Assembly: GCA_900552735.1 (NCBI GenBank)
Contig: USBA01000001.1
Span: 1 to 39,888 of the forward strand
Direction of reading: 5' to 3'
Source: an uncultured Collinsella sp.
GTDB taxonomy: Bacteria; Actinomycetota; Coriobacteriia; Coriobacteriales; Coriobacteriaceae
Length of the DNA stretch: 39,888 bases
Part shown: positions 9,121 through 17,736 of the stretch, in pieces
How positions within the stretch are numbered: the first letter of the stretch is position 1
How the letters are laid out: each line of letters begins with the position of its first letter
Translations under genes and position numbers: made by a program
The notes under the pieces: generated by a model
What the model saw: only the letters and a program-made list of their open reading frames with translations
Told to the model about the DNA's origin: nothing
Databases searched by the model: none

Positions 9121-9950
9121 GCGCAGCTCTTTTCCTCATAGGCCTTGAGGGACGCGCCCTCTTCGGAACGGTAAGCGGCCTGGCGGGCACGAAGGTCATC
9201 CCAGTCGACCAGGGTGGCATCGAAGTCGGGACCGTCGACGCAAGCGAACTTGGTCACGCCGCCCACCTCGACGCGGCAGCAGCCGCACATACCGGTGCCG
9301 TCAACCATGATGGGGTTGAGGGACGCGGTGATGGGGGTGTCGTACTTCTGGGCGGTGAGGGTCGAGAACTTCATCATCGGAACGGGGCCGACGCAGAAGA
9401 CCTGGCTCACGGCCTTGTCCTGCAGCAGACGCTCCAGCGGAGCGGTGACAACGCCCTGCTCGCCGTAGGAGCCGTCGTCAGTGGTGATGTGGATGTGGTC
9501 CTCGTCGAGGAGCTCGCGGAACTGGTCCTCCATGAGCAGGAGGTCCTTGGTGCGGGCGCCCATGATGGCGTGCACCTCGTGGCCGGTCTCGACCAGGTGC
9601 TTGGCGACCGGGAAGGCAATTGCCAGGCCGACGCCGCCGCCGATGACGGCGCAGGGGCCCTCGGCCATCTCGGTGGGAACTCCCAGCGGGCCCACGACGT
9701 CGCGCAGCGACTCGCCGGCCTCGTAGGTGGAAAGCATTTCGGTGGTCTTGCCGATCACCATGAAGATGAACTCGACCCAGCCCTCGTCACCGTTCCAGCC
9801 GGCCAGGGTAAACGGGACACGCTCGCCCGTCTCGTTGGCGCGAACCATGAGGAACTGTCCAGCGTGCGCATGCTTGGCGATTGCGGGCGCCTCGATGCGG
9901 AACTTGAACACCTTCTCCGAGAACTGCGTCTTCTCCAGGATCTTATACAT
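9111..9950 (-). CDS. nfnA: NfnA/SudB-type small subunit (FNR/PyrK-like FAD, [2Fe-2S] protein)
   Basis: ERVPFT, GGGVG, VGPVPMMK and DGTGMCGCCRV...CVDGPDFD motifs. Confidence 0.88.
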   Translation of the reverse strand: MYKILEKTQFSEKVFKFRIEAPAIAKHAHAGQFLMVRANETGERVPFTLAGWNGDEGWVEFIFMVIGKTTEMLSTYEAGESLRDVVGPLGVPTEMAEGPCAVIGGGVGLAIAFPVAKHLVETGHEVHAIMGARTKDLLLMEDQFRELLDEDHIHITTDDGSYGEQGVVTAPLERLLQDKAVSQVFCVGPVPMMKFSTLTAQKYDTPITASLNPIMVDGTGMCGCCRVEVGGVTKFACVDGPDFDATLVDWDDLRARQAAYRSEEGASLKAYEEKSCACH

Positions 9951-10129
9951 AGAACCCCTCTCTTGTTAGGGCGGCCGAACCGTGCCTCCACGGAAATGGA
10001 CGGCAGCCCGAATAAAACCGTACGCGCACAGGCGTTGTGCAGACATACGGTGCAAATTATACCCTCATGGACATGTCGCTTACGTGTATCTTTGGCAGGC
10101 GGGAAAAGCGACCTACCAAAAAGGGACAG

Positions 10130-10291
10130 GTTTATTTTGGTAGGTTTTATCAGGCAAAACGGCAAAGGGGACCGGTCTCGCGCATCGGTGAGGCCGGCCC
10201 CCTTTGGGGCGCCGCATATGTATGGTGGCAGCGTGTTTATTGCGATGCGCCGACTGCGGCGTTTCCGCAGATAAAACCTGCCAAAATAAAC
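10130..10291. repeat. MITE-like element with 22-bp terminal inverted repeats
   Basis: GTTTATTTTGGTAGGTTTTATC (10130-10151) and GATAAAACCTGCCAAAATAAAC (10270-10291), 1 mismatch, enclosing internal hairpins. Confidence 0.6.
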
Positions 10292-10309
10292 ATCCCTAAA
10301 TGGCGGGTT

Positions 10310-10939
10310 TTAGTGCTTGCCGTTGGCGGAGGCGGAGCCGTTGACGTGGTCGCGGGCGTAGATTACGCCGTGTACGATCGCCAGGCCGGCGGCGTCTGCG
10401 GCGCGGGCGCAGGTGTCCTGGAAGTCCTCGGCCTCGCGGGCGCGCAGCTGCTTGAGCACATAATCTGCCACGGCCATCTTGCCGGGAGGGTTGCCAATGC
10501 CGGTGCGGATGCGACTAAAGTCGCGGCTGCCCATCTTATCGATGATGGAGCGCAGGCCGTTATGGCCGGCGTGGCCACCGCCTACCTTGACGCGTACGTC
10601 GCCGGCGGGAATGTCGAGCTCGTCGTGAATCACGAGCAACTCCTCGGCCTTGATCTTGTACTCGCGGCAGAGCTTGGAGATGGGGCCACCCGAGGTATTC
10701 ATATACGATTGCGGCTTGACCAGCACGATCTGGCGCTTGCCGCCCTCTTCCTCGGGATCGTTGATGTTGATGAGCGCGACTTCGGCGCCGGCCTGGTTTT
10801 TCCAGTACGTGACGTCGGCCTGACGGGCCAACTCGTCGATCGCTTTGAAGCCAGCGTTGTGGCGGGTCTCGGCATATTCATCGCCAGGGTTGCCAAGTCC
10901 GGCAACCATGCGAATCTTAAGCGGCTGTGCAGCTGCCAT
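10310..10939 (-). CDS. pth: Peptidyl-tRNA hydrolase
   Basis: GLGNPG, TRHNAGF, KPQSYMNTSG, HDELD, GHNGLRS motifs; GGAGG ribosome-binding site. Confidence 0.96.
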   Translation of the reverse strand: MAAAQPLKIRMVAGLGNPGDEYAETRHNAGFKAIDELARQADVTYWKNQAGAEVALININDPEEEGGKRQIVLVKPQSYMNTSGGPISKLCREYKIKAEELLVIHDELDIPAGDVRVKVGGGHAGHNGLRSIIDKMGSRDFSRIRTGIGNPPGKMAVADYVLKQLRAREAEDFQDTCARAADAAGLAIVHGVIYARDHVNGSASANGKH

Positions 10940-11056
10940 GTTTGTCCTCCGTTACGTAAATAGTTCAATCAACGACAAAGGCTACCACGCCCGCCGAAGG
11001 CGAGACTTCGTTTCAGCGAAATCCCACCAGACAAAAGCGCGGCCGCGGCAGAGCGA

Positions 11057-11134
11057 GCCGTCGGAACAGAAGAAACCCCCGCGCGACCTTTGCGAAGCAA
11101 GGGGGAGCGCGGGGGTTTCTTCTGTTCCGACGGC
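11057..11134. repeat. Perfect 28-bp inverted repeat with a 22-nt loop between prs and pth
   Basis: GCCGTCGGAACAGAAGAAACCCCCGCGC ... GCGCGGGGGTTTCTTCTGTTCCGACGGC. Confidence 0.85.
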
Positions 11135-11162
11135 GATGCGCCGGGTTGCAAGGACGATGCGA

Positions 11163-12149
11163 CTACAGCGCGAAGTCACCGCCGACGAGCGTGGAGACGG
11201 GCTCCTCGTGGTAAACGGCGGAGATGGCCTGAGCAAACTCCTCGGCGACCGAGATGGTCTTGATCTTGCCGCCGACCTCGACGGGAATGGCGTCGGTGAC
11301 GAGGCACTCGACGATCGGGGCGTCATTCAGGCGCTCAATGGCAGGGCCGGAGAAGATGCCGTGGGTGGCGCACACGTAGATGTCGCCAGCGCCCATAGCC
11401 TTAAGCTCCTTGACGTTGGCGCACAGGGTGCCAGCGGTGTCGATCATGTCGTCATTGATGACGCAGGTCTTGCCCTTGATGTCACCGATGATGCCCATGA
11501 CCTCGGCGGCGTTGTGGCGCGGACGGCCCTTGTGGGCGATGGCCAGGTCGCAGCCGAGCATGTCGGACAGCTTCTTGGCGGCCTTGGCACGGCCCACGTC
11601 GGGGGACACGACAACCAGGTTGTCGGTGTCGAAGTGCATGTCGTTGTAGTACTGGCCAAACAGCGGCAGCGCGGACAGGTGGTTAACCGGGATATCGAAG
11701 AAGCCCTGGATCTGGCCCTGGTGCAGGTCGAGGGTGATGATGCGGTTGACGCCGGCGCGCTCGAGCAGGTTGGCGACGAGGCGGGCGGTGATGGGCTCGC
11801 GCGGGCCGGCCTTGCGGTCCTGGCGGGCATAGCCGTAGTGGGTGATGACGGCGGTGATGGAGCGGGCGGATGCGCGCTTGGCAGCGTCGGTGGCGATGAG
11901 CAGCTCCATGAGCATGTCGTTGACGTTGCCGCCGGCCACGGACTGAATCAGGAAGACGTCGGCGCCGCGGACGGTCTCGTCGTAGCGGGCGTAGATCTCA
12001 CCGTTGGCGAACTGCTTTAGCGTAAGGCCCGAAAGCTCGACCCCAAGGTACTCAGCGATCTTCTGAGCGAGGGGACGGTTGGAGGAACCGGAATACACGC
12101 GGATGGACTTGCGCATATTCTCCGACTTCTCGGGATCATTAATCGGCAT
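11163..12149 (-). CDS. prs: Ribose-phosphate pyrophosphokinase
   Basis: FANGE, YGYARQDRK, DLHQGQIQGFFD, VSPDVG, DDMIDTAGT motifs; AAGGAG ribosome-binding site. Confidence 0.97.
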   Translation of the reverse strand: MPINDPEKSENMRKSIRVYSGSSNRPLAQKIAEYLGVELSGLTLKQFANGEIYARYDETVRGADVFLIQSVAGGNVNDMLMELLIATDAAKRASARSITAVITHYGYARQDRKAGPREPITARLVANLLERAGVNRIITLDLHQGQIQGFFDIPVNHLSALPLFGQYYNDMHFDTDNLVVVSPDVGRAKAAKKLSDMLGCDLAIAHKGRPRHNAAEVMGIIGDIKGKTCVINDDMIDTAGTLCANVKELKAMGAGDIYVCATHGIFSGPAIERLNDAPIVECLVTDAIPVEVGGKIKTISVAEEFAQAISAVYHEEPVSTLVGGDFAL

Positions 12150-12290
12150 TACCCTTCTCCTTTATACATCGAATGCCATATAGATGCCTTGTTGCATTGT
12201 AACCGCGCGGCGGGGTTTATCGAGTCTTGATAACGTCTTTACCGTCAACGGACACGAACCGACCACTCATTCTGTCGCGCAGGTCAGCAT

Positions 12291-12325
12291 AGAAAAAGGA
12301 GCCGTCCCCATGGGAACAGCTCCTT
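12291..12325 (-). terminator. Intrinsic terminator of glmU
   Basis: Minus strand reads AAGGAGCTGTTCCCATGGGGACGGCTCCTTTTTCT. Confidence 0.7.
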
Positions 12326-12342
12326 AGATGCTTGGTAAAACG

Positions 12343-13755
12343 TTATACCTCGTCGTCTTCGTGCAGACGGCGGCGATAATCGGCGGCCCAGCCCTCAATA
12401 TTTACCTGACGGGCGCGGCCCAGGCCGAGTGCGTCAGCCGGGACCGGCTCGGTGATGACGGAGCCGGCGGCCACAAGCGCGCCGTCGCCAATCTGGGCGG
12501 GCGCGACCATCATGGTGTCGGAGCCGATGAAGGCATCCTTGCCGATGACGGTCTTGTGCTTGTGCACGCCGTCGTAGTTGCAGGTGATGGAGCCCGCGCC
12601 CACGTTGACGCCAGAGCCCATGGTGGTGTCGCCGATGTAGGACAGGTGCGGGACCTTGGAACCCTCGCCGATCGTGGACTTCTTGATCTCCACGTGCGTG
12701 CCGGCCTTGGAGCCGTCGAGCATATGGGTGCCCGGGCGCAGGTAGGCGCGCGGGCCGCAGTCGACGCCGTTCTCGATGACGGCCTCGATGGCGATGGTCT
12801 CATCGATGGTGCAGCCGCTGCCGACGGTGGTGTCGGTGAGACGGCTGTTGGGGCCGAGCTGGCACTCTTCGCCCACGGTGACGTGGCCGATCAGATGCGT
12901 CTGCGGCCACACGACGGTGTCGCGGCCGATAACGGCATCGGGGCCGATCCAGGCCTGCGTGGGGTCGATGAAGGTGACGCCCTCGGCCATCCAGTGCTCG
13001 TTGATGCGGTCGCGCGCGATGGCGGTGAGCTGTGCGAGCTGGATGCGGCTGTTGACGCCCAGGCCGTCGCGGTAGTCGTCGCAGTGGAAGATGGAGACTG
13101 CCTGGCCGTGGCCCTTGAGGATCTCGAGCATGTCGGGCAGATAGTACTCGGCCTGCGCGTTGTCGTTGCCGATCTCGTCAATGTGCGCGGCGAGCTGCGC
13201 GCCGTCGAAGGCGTAGCAGCCGGCGTTGCACTCCAGCAGCGTGGCGGCCTGCTCGGGCGTGCAGTCCTTCTGCTCGATAATGCGCTCGATCTGGCCGTCG
13301 GCGCCCAGCTTGATACGGCCGTAACCGAAGGGGTCGGGCGGGGTCATGGTCATGACGGTGCAGGCGAGCTCGCCGGTGGCGACGGTTTGCGCGAACTTGG
13401 CGACGGTGTCGGCGGTGATGAGCGGCAAGTCGCCGTTGAGCACGACGACCGGGCCTTGCGTGATGCCGCAGGCCTCGAGTGCGACCTTCACGGCGTGGCC
13501 GGTGCCCAGGCGCTCGGTCTGCTCGACGCACTCGTCCTTGGTGGCGCTGTTGGCGTAGGCGCCGTCGATCAGGGCGCGCATTTCGTCGGCGTGGCTGCCG
13601 ATGACGACCACGACGCGGCTGCAGCCGGCCTTGATGGTGGCGTCGACGATCCACTGGACCATGGGCTTACCCAGGATCTTGTGCGAAACCTTGCAGTGGT
13701 TCGACTTCATGCGGGTGCCCTCGCCGGCAGCGAGGATAATTGCGGTTGCGTCCAT
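12343..13755 (-). CDS. glmU: Bifunctional UDP-GlcNAc pyrophosphorylase / glucosamine-1-phosphate N-acetyltransferase
   Basis: Start at MDATAIILAAGEGTRMKS with AGGAG ribosome-binding site (the ORF track start at 14013 is too far upstream); LGTGHAV, EYYLPD, HLSYIGD, NYDG and hexapeptide repeats. Confidence 0.97.
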   Translation of the reverse strand: MDATAIILAAGEGTRMKSNHCKVSHKILGKPMVQWIVDATIKAGCSRVVVVIGSHADEMRALIDGAYANSATKDECVEQTERLGTGHAVKVALEACGITQGPVVVLNGDLPLITADTVAKFAQTVATGELACTVMTMTPPDPFGYGRIKLGADGQIERIIEQKDCTPEQAATLLECNAGCYAFDGAQLAAHIDEIGNDNAQAEYYLPDMLEILKGHGQAVSIFHCDDYRDGLGVNSRIQLAQLTAIARDRINEHWMAEGVTFIDPTQAWIGPDAVIGRDTVVWPQTHLIGHVTVGEECQLGPNSRLTDTTVGSGCTIDETIAIEAVIENGVDCGPRAYLRPGTHMLDGSKAGTHVEIKKSTIGEGSKVPHLSYIGDTTMGSGVNVGAGSITCNYDGVHKHKTVIGKDAFIGSDTMMVAPAQIGDGALVAAGSVITEPVPADALGLGRARQVNIEGWAADYRRRLHEDDEV

Positions 13756-13947
13756 GTGATCTCCTGTTACGTTATAGAGACGTGTGTTTGGAAACGATAC
13801 ACGGCGCAATATGATACCGCAGGCATATGATGAGCGCGTAACGATTGGCGCGCGACGGCCGATGTCGCTGCCACCGGCGTGATGTTTGCGCTGGTTGTGT
13901 ATGGCGGCGGCGCTGCGGCGTTGACGTTTTGAGCGAGGGGATGGAGG

Positions 13948-14841
13948 GTGCCCGTGGACATCATGCGAGAGGAATCGGGCAACGAGCCCGTCGCGGCATT
14001 TTCGATGTCGCATCCGGCGGTGCCGGCGCTCTACATGGTGCTGACGCTGGGACTCACCATGTTCTCGATGCAGCCGGTGCTGATTGCGCTGTCGCTTGCG
14101 GGCGGGTTGGCGTACGGGTTTGCGACGCGCGGCGCCGCGCGTACGTTGGGGGCGCTTCGCTGGCAGCTGCCGGTGATTTTGATCATCGCGGTGCTCAATC
14201 CGCTGTTTAGCGCCTCGGGCTCGACGGAGCTGTTCCGTATTGGCATGCGCGCAGTGTATCTGGAGAGCATGGTATACGGCCTGTGCATGGGTGGGCTGTT
14301 TGTGGCGAGCGTGCTGTGGTTTGAGGCTGCGGCATCGATGCTCGGTTACGACAAGGTGCTTGCGCTTTTGGGTAACACCGCGCCGGTGATCGCGCTCATG
14401 ATCTCGATGTGTATGCGGCTTATCCCGCAGTTTTTGCGCCGCGGTCGTACGGTACTGGCGGTACAGGATGCGATTGATGTACCGGGGCGCGCGCCGGCCG
14501 ACCCCGTGCGTTTGCGCCTACGGGCATCGAGCGTGTTGATGGGCTGGGGCATGGAAGATTCGCTGGAGCGCGCGGACGCCATGCGCTCCCGTGGGTGGGG
14601 CGCCGCGACGCGTCGTACGACGTATGCGCGGTATCGGCTGGGGCGCGGCGATGTTGCCGCGCTGGTTGGGCTTGCGCTGTTTGGCGCGGCCACGGCGGCA
14701 GTGGCGTGGACCGCGACGACGCAGTATTCGTTTTATCCGCAGCTTTCGGTGCCGGCGCCGTGGCCGGGCTATGTCGTGTACGCTGCCTGGATGGTGCTGC
14801 CTTGCGTGTTGCACGCGATTGATGAGAAGAGGTTTGGCTGA
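13948..14841 (+). CDS. ECF transporter transmembrane component T
   Basis: Several TM segments, NPLF, LERADAMRSRG motif; start codon uncertain (GTG 13948 or ATG 13963). Confidence 0.88.
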   Translation: MPVDIMREESGNEPVAAFSMSHPAVPALYMVLTLGLTMFSMQPVLIALSLAGGLAYGFATRGAARTLGALRWQLPVILIIAVLNPLFSASGSTELFRIGMRAVYLESMVYGLCMGGLFVASVLWFEAAASMLGYDKVLALLGNTAPVIALMISMCMRLIPQFLRRGRTVLAVQDAIDVPGRAPADPVRLRLRASSVLMGWGMEDSLERADAMRSRGWGAATRRTTYARYRLGRGDVAALVGLALFGAATAAVAWTATTQYSFYPQLSVPAPWPGYVVYAAWMVLPCVLHAIDEKRFG

Positions 14842-16484
14842 TGGCTCGGTTTGATAGGAGCTCGGCGGCGGGTGTGGCATATGGCTCGGCCGCGCCGGCG
14901 ATTGAGGTGCGAGGCCTTAGTTTTGCCTATCCCGAGGCCGAGGCACCGGTGCTCGAGGTGCTTGATTGGCGTGTTTCCCAAGGTGCGTTTGCACTGCTTG
15001 TTGGCGGTACCGGTTCGGGCAAGTCGACGCTGCTGTCGCTGCTCAAGCCCGAGATTGCGCCGGCGGGTACGCGCTCCGGCGAGCTGCGCGTGCTGGGCGA
15101 GCCCGTCGCCGACATGGATGTGCGGGCATCGGCGGAGCGCGTGGGTTATGTGTTCCAGAATCCCGAGAACCAGATCGTGTGCGAAACCGTGTGGCACGAG
15201 ATGGCGTTTGGCCTGGAAAACTTAGGCATGTCTCGTGACGAGATGCGCCGTCGCGTGGCCGAGACCAGCTATTTCTTTGGGTTGGAGGATTGGCTCCACC
15301 GCGATACCGATACGCTTTCGGGTGGACGCAAACAGCTGCTGTCGCTGGCGGCTGTGCTGGCGCTGCGCCCACGCGTGCTGCTGCTCGACGAGCCCACGTC
15401 CCAACTGGATCCCGTTGCCGAGAAGAGTTTTCTGCATGCGCTGTTCCGCGTGAATCGCGAGCTGGGCTGCACGGTTGTCGTGGCAACGCATCAGCCACGT
15501 CCGATGCTCGAATACGCGACGTGCGCGTATCGGATTGAAGACGGACGCGTGTGCGAGGTGGCTGATATCGCCTCCTTGGGGCACCGTGAAGAGCTGTTTT
15601 CTGACGAGGTGTCGGGGTGGGGTGCCTCGCGGCGTACAAAAAACGGAGTTTTCAGCAGCGCCAGTGGCCAGCTGGGCTCTTTGGGCCCGCGCGCGGGCGC
15701 TCCGGGTGCAGAAAAATGGCTGAAATCGGACAAATCGGGTGAATTTGAGGCGCAAATACTGCCGCAAGACGACTCGGGGGCGTCATCGCGCGCCGGTGGA
15801 TGTCGAATTCTCCCAAAAATGCACGCTGGGTCGGCTACCACCCTGGCAGGGAGCTGGTTTCGATACGATCGAGCGTCCGGCTGGGTGCTGCGCGGGCTCG
15901 ATGCGTCGTTTTCGGCTGGCGCGGTGCATGCGGTTGTGGGCGGTAACGGCTGCGGCAAGTCGACAATGCTTTCGGTGCTGGCCAAGACGGTCAAGTTGCA
16001 GCGTGGGCATATGGAGCGCGGGGCGGGATCGGCGGCGCTGCTGCCTCAGAATCCCAAGGCGTTGCTGGTTGCCGAGACGGTGCGCGATGAGCTGATGGAA
16101 TGGGCTTCGACCTGCGGGTATGACGAGGGTGCGGCCCAGGAGCGCGCGGCGCAGCTGGGATTGGACGGCCTGGATGGGCGCCACCCGTACGATCTTTCGG
16201 GCGGACAGCGTCAACTGCTTGCATTGGCAAAACTGCTGCTAATCGGCCCCGAACTGCTATTGCTCGATGAGCCCACCAAGGGTCTAGACCTGGTCAGCCG
16301 CCGCATCATCGCCCGCACCCTGCGTGACCATGCGAAGGCTGGCGGCACCGTCATCATGGCCACACACGATCTGGATTTTGCCGAGCAGGTTGCCGATGAC
16401 ATTGCCATGATGTTCGACGGTGAGATTGCCTGCATGGAGCCGCCGTCCGACTTCTTTGCCGACAATGTGTTTTATAGGGCGTGA
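14841..16484 (+). CDS. ECF transporter fused double ABC ATPase (A-A')
   Basis: Two Walker A motifs (GGTGSGKS, GGNGCGKS), two LSGG signatures, two LLDEPT motifs, FQNPENQ Q-loop. Confidence 0.92.
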   Translation: MARFDRSSAAGVAYGSAAPAIEVRGLSFAYPEAEAPVLEVLDWRVSQGAFALLVGGTGSGKSTLLSLLKPEIAPAGTRSGELRVLGEPVADMDVRASAERVGYVFQNPENQIVCETVWHEMAFGLENLGMSRDEMRRRVAETSYFFGLEDWLHRDTDTLSGGRKQLLSLAAVLALRPRVLLLDEPTSQLDPVAEKSFLHALFRVNRELGCTVVVATHQPRPMLEYATCAYRIEDGRVCEVADIASLGHREELFSDEVSGWGASRRTKNGVFSSASGQLGSLGPRAGAPGAEKWLKSDKSGEFEAQILPQDDSGASSRAGGCRILPKMHAGSATTLAGSWFRYDRASGWVLRGLDASFSAGAVHAVVGGNGCGKSTMLSVLAKTVKLQRGHMERGAGSAALLPQNPKALLVAETVRDELMEWASTCGYDEGAAQERAAQLGLDGLDGRHPYDLSGGQRQLLALAKLLLIGPELLLLDEPTKGLDLVSRRIIARTLRDHAKAGGTVIMATHDLDFAEQVADDIAMMFDGEIACMEPPSDFFADNVFYRA

Positions 16485-16488
16485 TGGG

Positions 16489-17202
16489 ATGACGGATTAT
16501 CGCGTCGCGCGCCTACTCGCAAAACTGGAGATCCCGCTGCTGCTGGCGGTGCCAGCCGTGATGGCTGCGGCGTTGCTGGCGGGCGTTGAGCAGGCGGCAC
16601 TTGCCATGCTTGTCGTGGTGGCGCTGGTGCTTGCGTTGTTCTTTGCGGGCTACGAGGCATCGCGACCGGGCCTGCGCCAGATTATGCCCACGCTGGTTCT
16701 GGCGGCGTTGGCCGCGGCGGGGCGCATCTTGTTTGGCCCCATTCCCGACTTTAAACCCGTGAGCGCCATCGCCATTATCGCCGGGGCGACACTCGGTCGT
16801 CGCAACGGCTTTATGGTCGGTGCGCTGGCGGCGCTGACCAGCAACTTCTTTTTTGGGCAGGGCATGTGGACGCCATGGCAGATGTATGCCTGGGGTCTGG
16901 TTGGCTATGTTGGCGGTGAGTTGGCGCATGCGGGCGCGTTCGACCGTGCGGATGGAACCGTGCGCATGCCGTCGCTGATGGCGTACGGCTTTGCATCGGG
17001 CCTGCTCTACGGCGTGGTGATCAACGCCTACGACATCATCGGTTTTGTGCAGCCGCTCACGTGGGCGGGCGCCGTGGCGCGTCTTGCCACGGCGGTGCCG
17101 TTCGACATTACGCACGGCCTTGCGACCTGCGTGTTCTTGGCCGCCCTGTACAAGCCCTGGTGTCGACGGATCAACCGCGTCGTCGTGAAGTACGGACTGT
17201 AG
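16489..17202 (+). CDS. ECF transporter S component, CbrT-like (possibly cobalamin)
   Basis: Hydrophobic protein with IPDFKPV...SNFFFGQGMWTPWQM motif resembling CbrT-family S components; translationally close to the T and A genes. Confidence 0.75.
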   Translation: MTDYRVARLLAKLEIPLLLAVPAVMAAALLAGVEQAALAMLVVVALVLALFFAGYEASRPGLRQIMPTLVLAALAAAGRILFGPIPDFKPVSAIAIIAGATLGRRNGFMVGALAALTSNFFFGQGMWTPWQMYAWGLVGYVGGELAHAGAFDRADGTVRMPSLMAYGFASGLLYGVVINAYDIIGFVQPLTWAGAVARLATAVPFDITHGLATCVFLAALYKPWCRRINRVVVKYGL

Positions 17203-17248
17203 GGCTGGCTGCGCCGGGGTGGGAATCAATACTGCCTTGGTGTCATAT

Positions 17249-17402
17249 CAAAACTATGCCGGTTTACGGGGCTGGATTGACGCAGGCCGACCATACCGGC
17301 ATTTTTCGAAAATAGACAAGCCGTCTACCTGCGGTTTTATTTTGCTCGAATTGCGCGTGGTTGGGGGGTCGCGATTCAGCCCCGTAAACCGGCATAGTTT
17401 TG
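17249..17402. repeat. Palindromic element 1 (perfect 26-bp arms, 154 bp)
   Basis: CAAAACTATGCCGGTTTACGGGGCTG (17249-17274) / CAGCCCCGTAAACCGGCATAGTTTTG (17377-17402). Confidence 0.85.
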
Positions 17403-17504
17403 GAATGGCCGGCTGATATGACGGGCGTCGTGGTCCTCAGAGAGCCAAATCGATCCGCTTTCTTCCGTCTCCAGACGCCTCCAGGGAATCAGTTGACGGC
17501 GCTC

Positions 17505-17663
17505 GCCACGAAACTGGCCCATCTACTACGTTTAGCTTGATACCCCCGACCATGACCGCGTTTTATGAAAAACCGCAGGCTTTCTACCTGCGGTTTTCTT
17601 TTTCGTTGTTCGCTGTGGTTGAGGATAGTGGCTTAAACGTACTAGATGGACCAGTTTCGTGGC
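17505..17663. repeat. Palindromic element 2 (30-bp arms with 2 mismatches, 159 bp)
   Basis: GCCACGAAACTGGCCCATCTACTACGTTTA (17505-17534) / TAAACGTACTAGATGGACCAGTTTCGTGGC (17634-17663). Confidence 0.85.
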
Positions 17664-17736
17664 GGATGGGCCGCGTGGATGCCCTCGCGAGATGAAAATG
17701 ATCCCCTTTCCTCCGTCCCCAGGGGATCAGTTGGGG

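Noticed and set aside
13756..13947. Cobalamin riboswitch upstream of the ECF operon
   Set aside because: No B12-box or conserved core motifs recognisable by eye.
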